Shown here one piece after another: positions 27,426 through 40,510 of a stretch of DNA of 64,000 nt. The DNA lies in assembly GCA_037379345.1 (NCBI GenBank), contig CM074512.1, positions 6,076,001-6,140,000 on the forward strand. Direction: 5' to 3'. The notes under the pieces were generated by a model. That model was not told the DNA's origin and ran no database searches. It saw nothing but the letters and a program-made list of their open reading frames with translations. This DNA comes from Perna viridis. Taxonomy: Eukaryota. Position numbers and translations under genes: made by a program. Position 1 is the first letter of the stretch. Each line of letters opens with the position of its first letter.

Positions 27426-29185
27426 TGTTTTCTTCTGCTTCACTGATTACTCAAACCTAAGATTGTGAAAGTCTCTTAAAAATAATACATTACTGGCCAT
27501 TCTTCTTCTTTCACTTTTGTGAAATATTTTATTCTATACTTAGATGAATTTGACTTTGAATTAAATTCAATTACCAGTTGGATTGATTCATTGAGATTGC
27601 AGAATGTTTTGGATAGTATACTGTTTTGAAGCTGACGTTGCTTTTTTAGGCATTTGAATTTTAAGTAATTAATTAAGTGATTGGATTTGAATTAAATTAC
27701 ACAGTAGATTCCAAACCCCTAAATAAAAGATGTGATTGGTTTTGGGGGTTATGGTTCTGTTGAATTAACCTCTTAAAAAATTGGGTCCAAAAACAAGCGT
27801 TTCTTAAACTCTGTATAATTTTCTATTTTTTTACCATTTTTAATTGGGTTTGATTTACTTGCCTCAATTGTATTGGGTTTGACCTCTGCACTTCTATTGA
27901 GCTGCATCTGGTAGAGCATCTAATTTTTTCCCTTATTTTAGACATTTCTTTTCTTGAACCAGAAGTCCATCATGGTTAACCATAACTAAACATGCCTTGT
28001 AATCGACAAGCATCCAGTATCACTGTATGCTGATATTGTTATTGTAACAGTTAGGTTTTCAATTAGGGAATACTATTTCATCTTGAAAACTCATATTTCA
28101 TTCTCATGACATCATTGATGATAGAAAAATGTATTGGTTACTTGTAGAAGATAATTACTGTATGATACAAATATTTTTTAAACATTCAATTTAAGCTTAA
28201 AACAACTGTTTTTTGGGGTTATTGTGGATTCAGTTTAAATTCTGGTTAAAATGTTATCCATAAATTTCCTCAAGATTTTTGCTATAATAATCTATAGGCG
28301 AAATAGTTATGATAGTCTCTTAATGGTCTTAATTCTTGTCATGGTGAGCCTAGATATATCTGGGCAGGGTCCTGTTTCCCCATTACTGGTTATGGCAGTA
28401 TTAATTCAAGTTAAGAAAAGCATAAATTGTTTCCATATGCAAACAGCATGAATTTGCTTTGAAATGAGGCTGTCTTACATAGAGTTCGTTAAAAAAAATA
28501 ATGTCTTGAGAGCTGAAGAAAGAAGTCTGTGCTGCCCCAAAAAGTGAGATTTGTTTAGGAGTGAGGCTTATTTCTGGCCCCTCGCCACAGCAGAATTTAT
28601 CTATAGTGCTTTATTTTGCCTGGAATCTAAATAAGAATGATGTCTCTCACCACCATTACTATGTCGACTACTTCTGGTTTTAGGCCAGACTGAGGCCAAA
28701 AGTTATTTATCACATGAGTGACCATTCAGGAGACCCCTTGTGACTGTAATGAACCTTTTATTTAGCTTCAGTGGCCTTCACAGGGTACAAACAGTGGGAT
28801 TAATGTGCTTTGGTTCCTGACTTGCTTCTGTTGAACCCCACATCTAGCTAAATGGCCAAAAATGACCATTTTCAAGTGACTGACCCATTTTACTGTGTCA
28901 AGCCATCCACCCTCCTGTTTTGTTACTATAGTAACACATCTGTGAAGTCATATCATAAAAATGCACTAATTTATTAAGATGATAGTTATAAGATTTTTTT
29001 AATGTTTTTCGCTCCTTCTGACTTTCATAAAAGAACCTGTACAACTATAAAGTTGTAAGTCCAGTTTGTTGTATTCTGCAATTAAATGATAATATATCTA
29101 TATAGAATTTAAAGGAAGATAGTTATTTCTCATAGTAAAAATGTTAATTTTTGTGGTTGAAAAAATAAATTGCAAGAATATTTTG

Positions 29186-29550
29186 TTTATACCCCTACTT
29201 AAGGGCTAGTTGGTATATTAAAATCACCATTCTGTCCATTTGGCAATTACTTTGGCCCCCAATAGATGGATTGATTTCAAATTTAGTGTGGCCTTATATA
29301 GATGATAAATGATTTTGGATGCTCTCCATTACCAGCTTCCTGTTTCTTGGAACATTTTTCTTTTTATAGAATGATAGAGAAAAGTTTCTTACAAAAAATC
29401 ACTGCTGATATTGGATGGATTGATTTCAGATTTTGTGTGTGGCTTTAAACAGAAGTGGCATACATTGTAAGTGATTTTTGTGCTGTCTGATGTATGTCTA
29501 GGTGAGTGGGGTATAATGAGCACAACAATATGTGAAACTTAATGTTCTTT
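29186..29550 (+). mobile_element. HINE-like element; related copies at about 5820-6175 and 56125-56495
   Basis: Subterminal inverted repeat TTATACCCC / GGGGTATAA; shared internal motifs TGGATGGATTGATTTCAAATTTGGTGTG and CTTCCTGTTTCTTGG in all three copies. Confidence 0.6.
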
Positions 29551-29889
29551 GTATGTGTATTTTTATAGTAACACTAATATAATGTTGGGTGAGCTTAGTT
29601 CAATTGACAAATTGTTGTACTGAGATTTTTTGGGAAATAGTATAGGAGAAATGGAAATTAATTTTTTTTAGCATCTCTTGAGATTGTTAACATTCACTAA
29701 TATATAATGACTTTGGGGTTGCCAAGCCTGGTATAATCAATTTAATGTCACTATAAGTACACTAATTATAGCATCAAAGAGATCTTAATTATATTTTCAC
29801 TGAACAAAACACAGGAAAAATTTCCCTTATTTGCCTTTAGATGTTTTCTCTCTATGTGTTGTACAAATCTTTTGTTGTTTAGAGGACAG

Positions 29890-30257
29890 ATGCTCTAACA
29901 GACCATTGGCATACCTATGGGAACAAACTGCACTCTATACTTGGCCAATCTGACATTGAAACTACCTTTTTACAAGGGGTATACAGAAAAAAGGGAAGCA
30001 CGTTGACCAGTCCTTCAATTTTAGTTTCATTATGTAGATGATTTATTATCTCAGAATAATCCTAATTTCAAGGATAACTTACATTTTATCTAACTTGACA
30101 CCTTTTTCTGATTAATACCTTAAAACCTATACATAGAGGAAAACTTTTTGACAAACATATTGATTTTGATTTTCCAATTGTAAACTTCCACTTTTTAATG
30201 GGAAATATACCAACATCTCCAGCCTTTGTAGTATATATTCCACAGTTGATCCATTAC
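29890..30257 (+). mobile_element. Older Penelope-like RT fragment of a different family
   Basis: IGIPMGTNCTLYLANL, SFNFSF/YVDDLLSQNNPNF, GKLFDKHIDFDFPIVNFHFLMGNIPTSPAFVVYIPQLIHY; frameshifted. Confidence 0.82.
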
Positions 30258-31130
30258 TATACCGACGTCTCCAGCCTTTGTAGTATATATTCCACAGTTG
30301 ATCCGTTACTATACCAACATCTCCAGCCTTTGTAGTATATATTCCACAGTTGATCCGTTACTATACCAACATCTTCAGTCTTTGAAGTATACATTTCACA
30401 GTTGATCCGTCACTATACCAACATCTCCAGCCTTTGTAGTATACATTTCACAGTTGATCCATTACTATGCCAACGTCTCCAGCCTATGTAGTATACATTT
30501 CACAGTTGATCCGTTACTATACCAACATCTCCAGCCTTTGTAGTATACATTTCACAGTTGATCCATTACTATGCCAACATCTCCAGCCTATGTAGTATAC
30601 ATTTCACAGTTGATCCGTTACGATACCGACGTCTCCAGCCTTTGTAGTATATATTCCACAGTTGATCCATCACTATACCAACATCTCCAGCCTATGTAGT
30701 ATACATTTCACAGTTGATCCATCACTATACCAACATCTCCAGCCTATGTAGTATACATTTCACAGTTGATCCGTTACGATACCGACATACCCAGCCTATG
30801 GAGTATAAATTTCACAGTTGATCCATCACTATACCAACATCTCCAGCCTATGTAGTATACATTTCACAGTTGATCCGTTACTATACCGACGTCTCCAGCC
30901 TATGACGGGCTATGTAGTATACATTTCGCAGTTGATCCATTACTACATCAACATCTCCAGCTTATGTAATATAATTTTCACAGTTGATCCATCACTATAC
31001 CAATATCTCCAGCCTATGTTGTATACATTTTACAGTTGCTCCATTACTATACCGACGTCTCCAGTTTATGTAGTATACATTCCACAGTTGATCCATTACC
31101 ATACTAACATCTCAAGCCTATGTAGTATAC
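30206..31130. repeat. Minisatellite, 52 bp x ~17.5, derived from Penelope-like RT coding sequence
   Basis: TATACCAACATCTCCAGCCTATGTAGTATACATTTCACAGTTGATCCGTTAC. Confidence 0.96.
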
Positions 31131-32432
31131 TTTTTACTTCTTTGCAAGTGATTTGTACCCTAACTTCTTTAGTAGAGTGGGGATACTGTCAAATACATAC
31201 ATGTGAACCTACCGGTGGTAATTCAATTCTGTCGGAATTAGAACCTTCCTACCGTTCTACTGTTGAAACAGAAAATCTACTGCTATCCGAACATTACAAC
31301 GTAAATGAATTTTGGACCCCATTTTTTTTTATTTACTGAGTGAAAAAACTGAGAGGATCGAATAACAACATTTTGGGTTGATCTCAGGTAGACAGGTGAA
31401 CATGTTATTTAGGGTCATAAACAGTAATTTAGAGCTTAAGTGGTTATCAACGTGACGTTATTTAAAAGGTGTGATGATTATATAACAACAGATGATTGAC
31501 AGTTATCCCAAATTTTATTGGCACACGCTTAAATGATTAAACGATTTATTACTGATGATTGGGGCTCATTGTGTAAATATTGATGCGGGACTTCAGATTT
31601 TTTGGTGGTTATGGAAACATTGACCATGCATCCACTGAAAATGAAATTGACTCGAAGTATGGCTTTTTTTTTATCCAAGTCAACACAGGAATTATGTGAA
31701 TTTTTCAATTTGGAGCACTCTCATCAACCGTCAAAATGCCGAAATGCCGTAATATTTCATCTTCAGCGCCTCCTGCCAAGAAAGCAAAGTACTATTCCAA
31801 ATTCAAGGCTGCATGGAAGTCAAAGTGGTGCCAAGCCAGTAATGACTATTTGAAATGAAATCATTTTGATGCATATTTATGAAAAAGTAGCTACTGTAGT
31901 GACAATTTTTAAATGAAAATTACTTAATTAATAGTAGCTATAAAGTAATGATGAAACTTTTAAATTGAAAGTTATTCATGTTTATGCTGTTCTTGTTATG
32001 AAAATATTGTCATTAATAAATAAATTTAAATCATTAAAATGTTAAAGTGTTGATCCATTGAAAGGGTCATTCCAACTATTCCAATAGAGTATTCACCATT
32101 TGTTCTCATAGATACAGACTTAATGCAAGGTTTTCCATAAGTTTCACACATATTTGACTTATAACACCACGAAAAAAACGCTGATAAAAAACCTACAGTT
32201 TTCAAACCAAATCTCCAGCTGAAAAATGACAAATCTCCAGTTTTGTAGGAATGACTTTATCACATGTATGCAAATAAACAGGGGTACATACAGCCTTGGT
32301 TAATATTATCACTACAAAAGTTGTATGGTCATCATCACAATTTTATCAACCAGTATGAAGTTTCTATCTGAGACAAGATATCTGTTGTTACTAGAGTGAC
32401 AACCTACCGACACTTTCTACATTTTTCTAGAT

Positions 32433-32670
32433 TTGCTATTTGAAGGTTGCCTCTGGCAGAGAAGAACATGCTTACCTTTCCTGAGCACCTGATGTCACTC
32501 CAGTTTTTTGTGGGAGTTCATATTGCCAGTGCTTTAGATTTTTTGTGTGTTGTCTTGATTTTTAATTATCTTCAGTTTTTATGTGGTATTGTATTTAATT
32601 TTATTTCTGTATCTTCATCATGTATGTGGATCTTCTCTTGTTACCTTGGTTTCCTTGTTTTCAATTTTTG
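32433..32670 (+). mobile_element. 3' region of a second Penelope-like family (variant of the structured motif)
   Basis: ACATGCTTACCTTTCCTGAGCACCTGATGTCACTCCAGTTTTTTGTGGGAGTTC parallels 36325-36379, followed by a similar T-rich tail. Confidence 0.65.
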
Positions 32671-32929
32671 CCTATGAATTGTCCTTCTGTTTTCATTCTT
32701 CAGTACTTTTTCCTGATCCTTGCTATTTTGGCTTAAATTATATAACACATCCAGTCAGCTGTATGAAAATACCTCCCCATCTGACATTTTACTCCAGTAA
32801 GAAATTTAGTTTACAACAAATTTATTTGTTAACTTCATAACAATAATATACTATACATAAATGAAAACATTCAAGGCATTTAATCATTGTGAGTATTAAT
32901 TACCACAGTTTTGAATTAGATTTAACAGG

Positions 32930-33530
32930 ACAATGAAAACAAAAAAACATAAAAGGTTTCAGAAATATATGTACAAAATTGAAGAGAAACATAATGGGGA
33001 TGGATGGATGCATTGTTCTTGTGTGACACAGATTTTACATTCATAGTATTAGATCAGAAATCTTTTTGACCTTTTAATAGATATGAAGACACTGTAAAAA
33101 ATAAGTATATTTTCTTTGTACATTAGATCAGTACTGCCCCTGGTAAGCAGTGAAACATTCATTCTTAAAGGAATTAAGTGCAAACTCTTGAATAGTGTTA
33201 TACAGTTTTCTGTATATTTTTTTGCATTTGAAAAAAAAATGTAGACATTTTCAATGGGAGCACCACAACTACACACAGGTTCGGCTTCAATATGAACTCT
33301 GTGTAATTCATAGAAAAGGAAAGACACTGAACATTGTAGTTGGGTCAAACAAATATTTAATTTAAGGGGGCTGTAATTAAAATATTGAGGAATGTCTAGT
33401 TCATGCAAGAAGTCTTCACTTCAAATTGCAGGTTTGAATCTTGATATTGAATTTACATTTTGCATGTCTTCACTTCCAGTTAGAAAGAGAACATGTACCC
33501 CATTTGATAGTGTTAGCATAGGTTTACTGA
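32930..33530 (-). mobile_element. CR1-group LINE ORF2 C-terminal fragment
   Basis: TQLQCSVSFLFYELHRVHIEAEPVCSCGAPIENVYIFF..CKKY..LLTRGSTDLMYKENILIFYSVFISIKRSKRF resembles the CR1 C-terminal CxCG..E..HFFxxC..TKRF domain. Confidence 0.72.
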
Positions 33531-34100
33531 GGTCAATACCACCATAGCTGTTTTTATGTCCCTATCCAGTTTTATTTATAATAAATTTATAGGAAAATGA
33601 TAGACTATTCATCATTGCTATTGATGACTGTATAATGCACACAAGAGTCCTTTGATCATCATATTAATCTGCACAAAATGAGCAGAAACTTTTGAAGAGT
33701 GTTTCTATACCCATTAATAAAATCCTAATTATCCAACATCATTGAATTGCACCTGATTTTAGGGATGAAAAATATACAATGTTGACAGTTAATTAAGGAA
33801 GCTGGTAGGTAAGGAGACCCAAAGTCAGTTGTGGCTGTTCATCATGTCAAAGGTTCTATTGAATTATGTAATTTTAAATCCTTTGACCTAACTAATGGGC
33901 CTATAGAATTACATAAGTGAAAAGTCTTTGAAAGATTTACAGGCACAATGCAAACACATTACTGAGTATTGACCATCACAGTATCTAACAGCCTGGATTG
34001 TGTTCTCATCAATACTGTACATGTAATGTAATACCTAGATACTTGCTGCACACTGAAATCAAGGAACAAAAATTTATTGAATGGATTAAATTTCAATTGT

Positions 34101-34131
<31 letters not shown>

Positions 34132-34721
34132 GTTTTGTTAAAAAAAAGGTTTACTTATTGTGATTTTAAATGGAAAGAGACACTTGAACTTAATAAGTGA
34201 ATAATATTCAGATATAGGAGGATTGGGTTGAGGTTTTTATTTTTATACACCAAGCATCATAGATGGAACATACCATTGCCTATCTACTTGTCTTTTTCTC
34301 ACTCCCCCTAAAAAAACAAAACAAACAAGACAACAAAAAAAAACAGCATTTTTGATGAAACTGTAGTGAACTGTGGAGATGTCAATGTTAGCTACCTTTC
34401 ATATATATATATAAGTTGTGCATTTTAAATTGTGAAGTGTAGGGACTTTATTTTTAAAAGAAATGTTATTTTCCATTTTTGGACTATAACTCAAACAAAA
34501 ATGTCTCCAACACTTTCCATGAAACATTGATGAATTAATTGTAATATTCCTACAATGTCCAATTCATATCTCCATGTCTTAAATTTGGATTGTTGCATAT
34601 TTTTTTAGGTATGTGTGTCAGATTTCTATAAGCTTTCTCAGCAATGCTTATTTATTTGAAATAAAACAACCCAACAACCCCAAATGCATGACTGAAATGG
34701 AAAAGTTTATGCTTATAAGGT

Positions 34722-34905
34722 TTCACTGATCAGTCAGGTCCTACTACATCATCTTACTCTTACTTCACTGATCAGTCAGGTCCTACTGCTTCAACTTACC
34801 GTTACTTCACTGATCAGTCAGGTCCTACTGCTTCAACTTACTGTTACTTCACTGATCAGTCAGGTCCTACTACTTCAACTTACACTTACTTCTTTGATCA
34901 GTCAT
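34722..34905. repeat. Minisatellite, 42 bp x ~4.3
   Basis: TTCACTGATCAGTCAGGTCCTACTGCTTCAACTTACTGTTAC. Confidence 0.92.
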
Positions 34906-35177
34906 AAATTGCAAAGTTCAGTGCCCCAGACCAGCAAGGATATATTAAAATATAGCTTTCACTGTTTGGGTCATTTCTCCTTGTAGATAAATCTAGGGTT
35001 GCAACTTCATACACAATGTTTGGTAGTATTGAACAGTTCATCTAGGTGTTATTATGTAGGATAGAGGATGAAATTAAAGATACATGTCCCAACAATTCAA
35101 TATAATGCATGTGTCTCAGATTGTGACACTCTATTCACTACACTGCTCCATCAGATCAAATTGATACAAGTTAATAT

Positions 35178-35340
35178 AGCCTAGCTGGTTGAGTGCTCTA
35201 GGGTGCTGGACTTAATGCAGGTGGTGCTGCCATAGATGTCACTGTGGTATGAGTTTAAGTCCTACAGAGGGAACGACCATAAATTTGCTTCGCAAATTCA
35301 ACAGTTCTAACATCATTGGGAGTTTTTATATGTCTGAAAA
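35178..35340 (+). mobile_element. Decayed tRNA-derived SINE head (tentative)
   Basis: A-box-like TAGCTGGTTGAGTG and B-box-like GAGTTTAAGTCC (35251-35262). Confidence 0.35.
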
Positions 35341-35880
35341 GTATTCAGTTGTTTTGTTTTACCTTTAAATTATGGATATTAAATATATTTTAACTTTAGT
35401 TCAATTGACATGTTTCTGATTTAATGTTGAATCTTTTTTTTTCTCTGTACACTAACTTCTGACATCTGGAAGAAACACCATTTGAATTATCATTAAGGCT
35501 TGCTTGTTGAAGTCCCAAAAGGAAACTTTTGATTAAATTCACAAACTATTTGATTTGTACAAATGCAAATTAGTCAAGTCAAACTAATTGATGTTATTGA
35601 AGTGTAATTAACAGTTGCACTGGTAACTAAAATAAACTCCTAGAAAAAACAAAACATGTGGGTGTACATTTTATCTCAAGTAATAAAATTATGTATTCAG
35701 TTTCATTGTTACAGTTATAAACTCTGTGATTATTCAGCTAAAGAGTTGTATGGCATGAAAATGAAGCAAAAAAATTGCATATTTTTCATTATAACTTCAC
35801 TTTTACGTATACTTTTAGTATCTTTTACTCATGAATTTGTGGGAAGTAGTTGTAGGAAAGAAGTGGTATCACAGTCCTTT

Positions 35881-36530
35881 TCAGCCGCATATCTTGACCT
35901 ACACTTAGAAATTGATGGTAAAGGAAAACTATTGACCAAACTTTACAACAAACGTGATGACTTTTCATTCAGAATTGTCAACTTTCCTTTCATCTGTGGC
36001 AACATCCCTTCAGCACCTTCGTATGGAGTGTTCATGTCACAACTCATACATTATGCCAGAGCTTGCCGAAACTACGCAGACTTTTTGTATTGTGCTAGAA
36101 CTCTAACAAATAGGCTTCTGGAATAGGGTTATGTTGCTACAAGATTGAAGTCATCACTACAGAAGTTTTTTGATCGTCATCATGAACTTGTGGATCGTTA
36201 TGGTGTATCGATCTGCACCATGAAAACTGATTTATTCAACGGGTCATAGTTTTCCTTTCCTTGTTTGTCTACCCTGGACTTGACTTTTTATGAGCAACTT
36301 GGCGGGTGTTTCTAGAAAAGCAGAAGACGCTTACCCTACCGGTGCACCTGGTCCATGCTCCCAGTTTTTAGTGGAGTCCGAGTTGCTCATTTGCTATTGT
36401 TACTTTGTATGTATGATTTCAGTTACTTTATGTTCTTTGTTGAGTATGTCTGCTTTCCATGTCTGGTCTTTGTCCCTGGATTACATTCTTTTGATTACTG
36501 CTATAACCTTGGTTCTCTTGATTACTCTTT
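35881..36530 (+). mobile_element. 5'-truncated Penelope-like retroelement with C-terminal RT (Naiad-type order); best-preserved copy
   Basis: SAAYLDLHLEIDGKGKLLTKLYNKRDDFSFRIVNFPFICGNIPSAPSYGVFMSQLIHYARAC...LLE*GYVATRLKSSLQKFFDRHHELVDRYGVSICTMKTDLFNGS* (stop 36247-36249); no C-terminal GIY-YIG domain, no poly(A). Confidence 0.9.
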
Positions 36531-37359
36531 GTACACTCTGGAGATTTCTACTTTATTACAGATACTGCAGACTTGCAGTAAAGGGGTCATGATTTCTTCT
36601 TGTATTGAATTAAGACATCGCAGCAAGTTTCTTGCTGTAATAGGTCTTTGTCATAATATAGGTAATGATTGCTTTTTTTTTTTTCTTTTTTAACATTCTT
36701 GACTACGCTTTAGATACAGGTAATATTGCACTCAATAATTATATAACAGTGATACAAACACCTGCTGATTAACAATCAATTATTCTGTATTCCCTAAGTT
36801 ACATTTACCAATTATTGTTTTTAATGGTTTGACCTGCAAAAGAAAGTGCAGTTTTCCAAAAATAAGATCTAATGGTGTGAAAAGAATCCAAATAGTCAAT
36901 TGTTACTCTAAAGAAACTTAATACACTTGTAACTGTAGTGAATGTTAACTGTCCATTATCATTTTCAATAAACTTGTCCGGAAAATTCAACAAGTTTATC
37001 TAAATAATAATTTATTGTCCAAAAGTCATTAAATAAACCATACTTTTCAATAACAACCACAAGTTTAGTACATGATATTGAATTACTCAGTTTCAACCAT
37101 CTTCCACCAAATTTTCACTATTACTGGAAAGTTTAACCTATGTTTAAACCTACAAAACAATAGTTTAGTTAATTATATTATCTTAGTTTCTGTTACTCTG
37201 ATGATTCTATGTGAACATTTATTGTCACTTGTTATCATTCACCCAATGTTTGTCTTAAACTCTAGTTTCTACGGAAATCAGTTTTTACTCATGTACAAAT
37301 ACAAATATTTTATTTAGCTCTAACACAGTTACAATAAGTGGTTTTGGCCAATCTTAAAA

Positions 37360-38300
37360 TTATATGAATTGCACATATTGAACATGTGTTATATATAATG
37401 TATAGTAGTTACAAATGTAGCTTACTGAATTGAAGTTACAAAGGGTTATGAAAATACAATTTATATATTAATTGATAATACTTTTTCTTGTTTCCGTGTA
37501 ATCTGATATGAAATTGGAAGACAACCTCAGTAATTTAGGATTTTTACTGTTAAACAATATACTTAATTTTTTTATAATATTAAATGTATCAAATTTTTTT
37601 ATATAAAGAAGAAATTTTCAGTTTTAGATCATCTCTTACTGTGTTGTATAAATCACACTCAAATAAGAAATGTTCTTCGTCTTCAATGTTAATATGGCAT
37701 ATGGGGCATATTCTATATTGTCTTTTGGAATATTGAGGTGTCTTCCTCTTTCAATCATAAGCTGATGAGAGCTAATTCTTATTTTGGATATCATGGATCT
37801 CTCGGCCAGTTTAGACAAATCATCTATATGATTTGGTCTAGTTCCAGACCTATAAAGTTTTCAATAAAAAGATAATTTTGAAGAATTACTGATATTTGAA
37901 TTTTGTTCTTGTAAATATTGATCTGATATTCTTTGTTTAATCATTGGTAACTTTTTTTTAGTGCACTTGGGTTATTGATTAAATATCCAACGCCCAAGGT
38001 ATCTAGTAACCTTTTGGTATTATATGTCCAAGTGTTTGAATCCTTTGTAATATAAAAAAATTTGATATAAAAGAGTAGTATTATTGGAATAGATATGATT
38101 GAAAAATTAATCTTACATTGTAGGGGCAATTTACATAGCTCTGCACGACAAGCATAGTTACAAGATTTACAGTTAACTCCAAGTAGTTCTTTAATAAATT
38201 AAGTATGGAATTTTTCAAGGTGATTTGATGTATTTTTTAGAAGTATGAATAATGGTGAGTTGCATTTTAAGCAACAATCTTTAACATCAGAAATCAGTCA
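37360..38300 (-). mobile_element. Non-LTR retrotransposon 3' fragment (RTEX-like or CR1-group) with Cys/His knuckle
   Basis: LEKFHT*FIKELLGVNCKSCNYACRAELCKLPL; ISKIRISSHQLMIERGRHLNIPKDN/RICPICHINIEDEEHFLFECDLY across a frameshift. Confidence 0.78.
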
Positions 38301-39179
38301 TGATATTTTTTCTCTCTACTACTAAATGTCTCTGATTGCAATAAACTTTGATATGAAAAGGAGATAAAATTCTATGTAACATTGTTTTAAATTGGTTTTG
38401 AAGAGAAAAGTCACAGTTCAAGTCATGTTTTTTTTTTATTTTTAAGAGGATCTTGTATTGTTTTAACATCAATAAATGTTGGTTTTTATGATTGATACAT
38501 TATATATAATGATGTATAAGTTAGAGTGGAATGATTTAACTCCTGGTGATGAGTGATATGTTAAGGTTGTAGTACCACTTGATAATCAACCAAGATCACA
38601 TTTTTCTTTAAAGTGCTGATTATTGAGACATGAATAGAATTAGTGCTGATGTTTAAGAGGACACTGAGATCTATTGTAGTCTGGCAAGAAAGTATAATAA
38701 TATACTTCCTATGGACAAATGTACAGAGACTGCTGGGTTGTATAAGTATGTTGTTGAAATCATATGTAATGAGCTTAAAGAAAGATGTTAGAAAGTCAAA
38801 GATAGAAATCAGATTTCTTAGGACTGTTGGAAACATAGTTTAAACCCAGACAAAAAAAAATACTTAATGGTGAAACTAATTTTCCAGGCTTGATTAAACA
38901 AATAGGTTTTTTTTTCTTTTATAAGGGTACCGACATGTATTTTTTATTTATATGTCACTTGAGAGGACATGATTAGTTAGTGATTTTGATGTTGTAGACT
39001 GTGCACAGTTCACTGTATGTCTCTTTAACTACAAGCAATATTTCTTTGGGCTCTCATGCATAAGATCATTTTAACAGGTTTGATCAACAAAATGCTGTGC
39101 AGTAGTACAGGGTTTAGGCAAGATTGACCTTTTACCTCTCCTTAGATTAATAATCCAGTTCACAAAACTTTCTCTAATA

Positions 39180-39910
39180 ATTGCATATAGCAGCAACATG
39201 TTGGAAACTTGTATAAAACCTTGTGCACATAGCAACAGCATGTAGGAAACTTAATACAACCTAGATGCACATAACAGCAGCATGTAGGAAAGTTTTGCAC
39301 AACCTATTACTCGTAAAAGCATCATATAGGAAACCTGAGTACAATATGGTGTTTATAGCAGCAGCTTGATGGATACCTGAGCAAAACCTATTGCTCAAAT
39401 CAGCAGCATGTAGGTAACCAGAATACAAAGTAGTGCTCATAGCAGTAGCATGTAGAAAAGTTTAGTACAACCTAGTGTTCATAGGAGCAGCATATAGGAA
39501 ACTTGAGTACAACCTAGTACATAGAGCAGCAGCATGTAGGAAACTTGAGTACAACCTATTGCTCATTGAAGCATCATATAGGAAACCTGAGTACGATATA
39601 GTGTTCATAGCAGCAGTTTGATGGAAACCTAAGCATAACCTAATGCTAATATTAACATCATGTGGGTAACCTGAATACAAAGTAGTGCTCATGACAGCAG
39701 CATGTAGAAAACCTGAGCATAACCTAGTGTTTATTGCTGCAACATGTAGGAAATTTGAGTACAGCCTAGGGTTCATAGCAACAAAATGAATGAAACTTGA
39801 GTACAACCTAGGACCCATACCAGCAACAAGTAGAAAACCTGAGTATAATCTTTTCAGCATCATATCCTTAATTTAAATACAACCTTGTTCTTATAGCTGT
39901 AGCATATAGA
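39180..39910. repeat. Diverged minisatellite, 42 bp x ~17
   Basis: GCAGCATGTAGGAAACTTGAGTACAACCTAGTGCTCATAGCA. Confidence 0.9.
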
Positions 39911-39997
39911 AGGTGGCAAATATAAACCAATATACAATTTGCTGATTTATTCCAAGAAATCATGATAGTAGTCTTTCTCCATTTTCTGTACTTCATA

Positions 39998-40510
39998 TTT
40001 TTATGCCCCCGCGACAAACATTAATTTACCCCTGTCTGTCCATTCGTCCGTGCATCGTGCCGTGCGTCCGTCTGTCGTGCCCTCCGTCCGGATTACACAT
40101 GATCATGGCTTGTCCGGCTATCTCCTCGTACAGTTTTTGAACTACAACTGAAATATTTTACAGGATATTTCTACACATGATAAAGGTGTGGAGGGTCAAA
40201 GGAATTTGATTTTAGTGAAATATTACGGAAATTGGTGATAGTTAGACTTAGTCATTTTCATCAGAAATATACCCCAAGCAACAAGTTAGAGATTTTTTAT
40301 TGGGGGTATTAACATCAAGTGTCTGTCAGTCCGTCCATCAGTCTTCTTTTTCTTATCGCAAGTATTTTTGCAGTGCTTAGCCTAACAACCAACAGTACAT
40401 AACCTTTCTGAATCTGCAAACCATGTCTTCATACAAAAATAAACATGTTCTTAATTTGGCAAATCTAGCAAGTGGGGGCATCATTAGCGTCTTACAAACA
40501 CATTTGATTA
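39998..40510 (+). mobile_element. HINE-like element(s), possibly two nested fragments
   Basis: ATGCCCCC (40003) / GGGGGCAT (40474) subterminal inverted repeats; GTCC/GTCT microsatellite near the 5' end. Confidence 0.6.

Noticed and set aside
36124-36390. Selenoprotein-type Naiad with a SECIS element
   Set aside because: The internal stop is TAG where the 16.7-kb copy has CAG (Gln), not TGA; the ATGA at 36290 is Watson-Crick paired, with no SECIS GA/GA quartet
36290-36693. ORFs MSNLAGVSRKAEDAYPTG... (also 7004-7225)
   Set aside because: Chance frames across the non-coding 3' region of the Penelope-like element
39462-39863. 133-aa minus-strand ORF
   Set aside because: Translation of the 42-bp minisatellite
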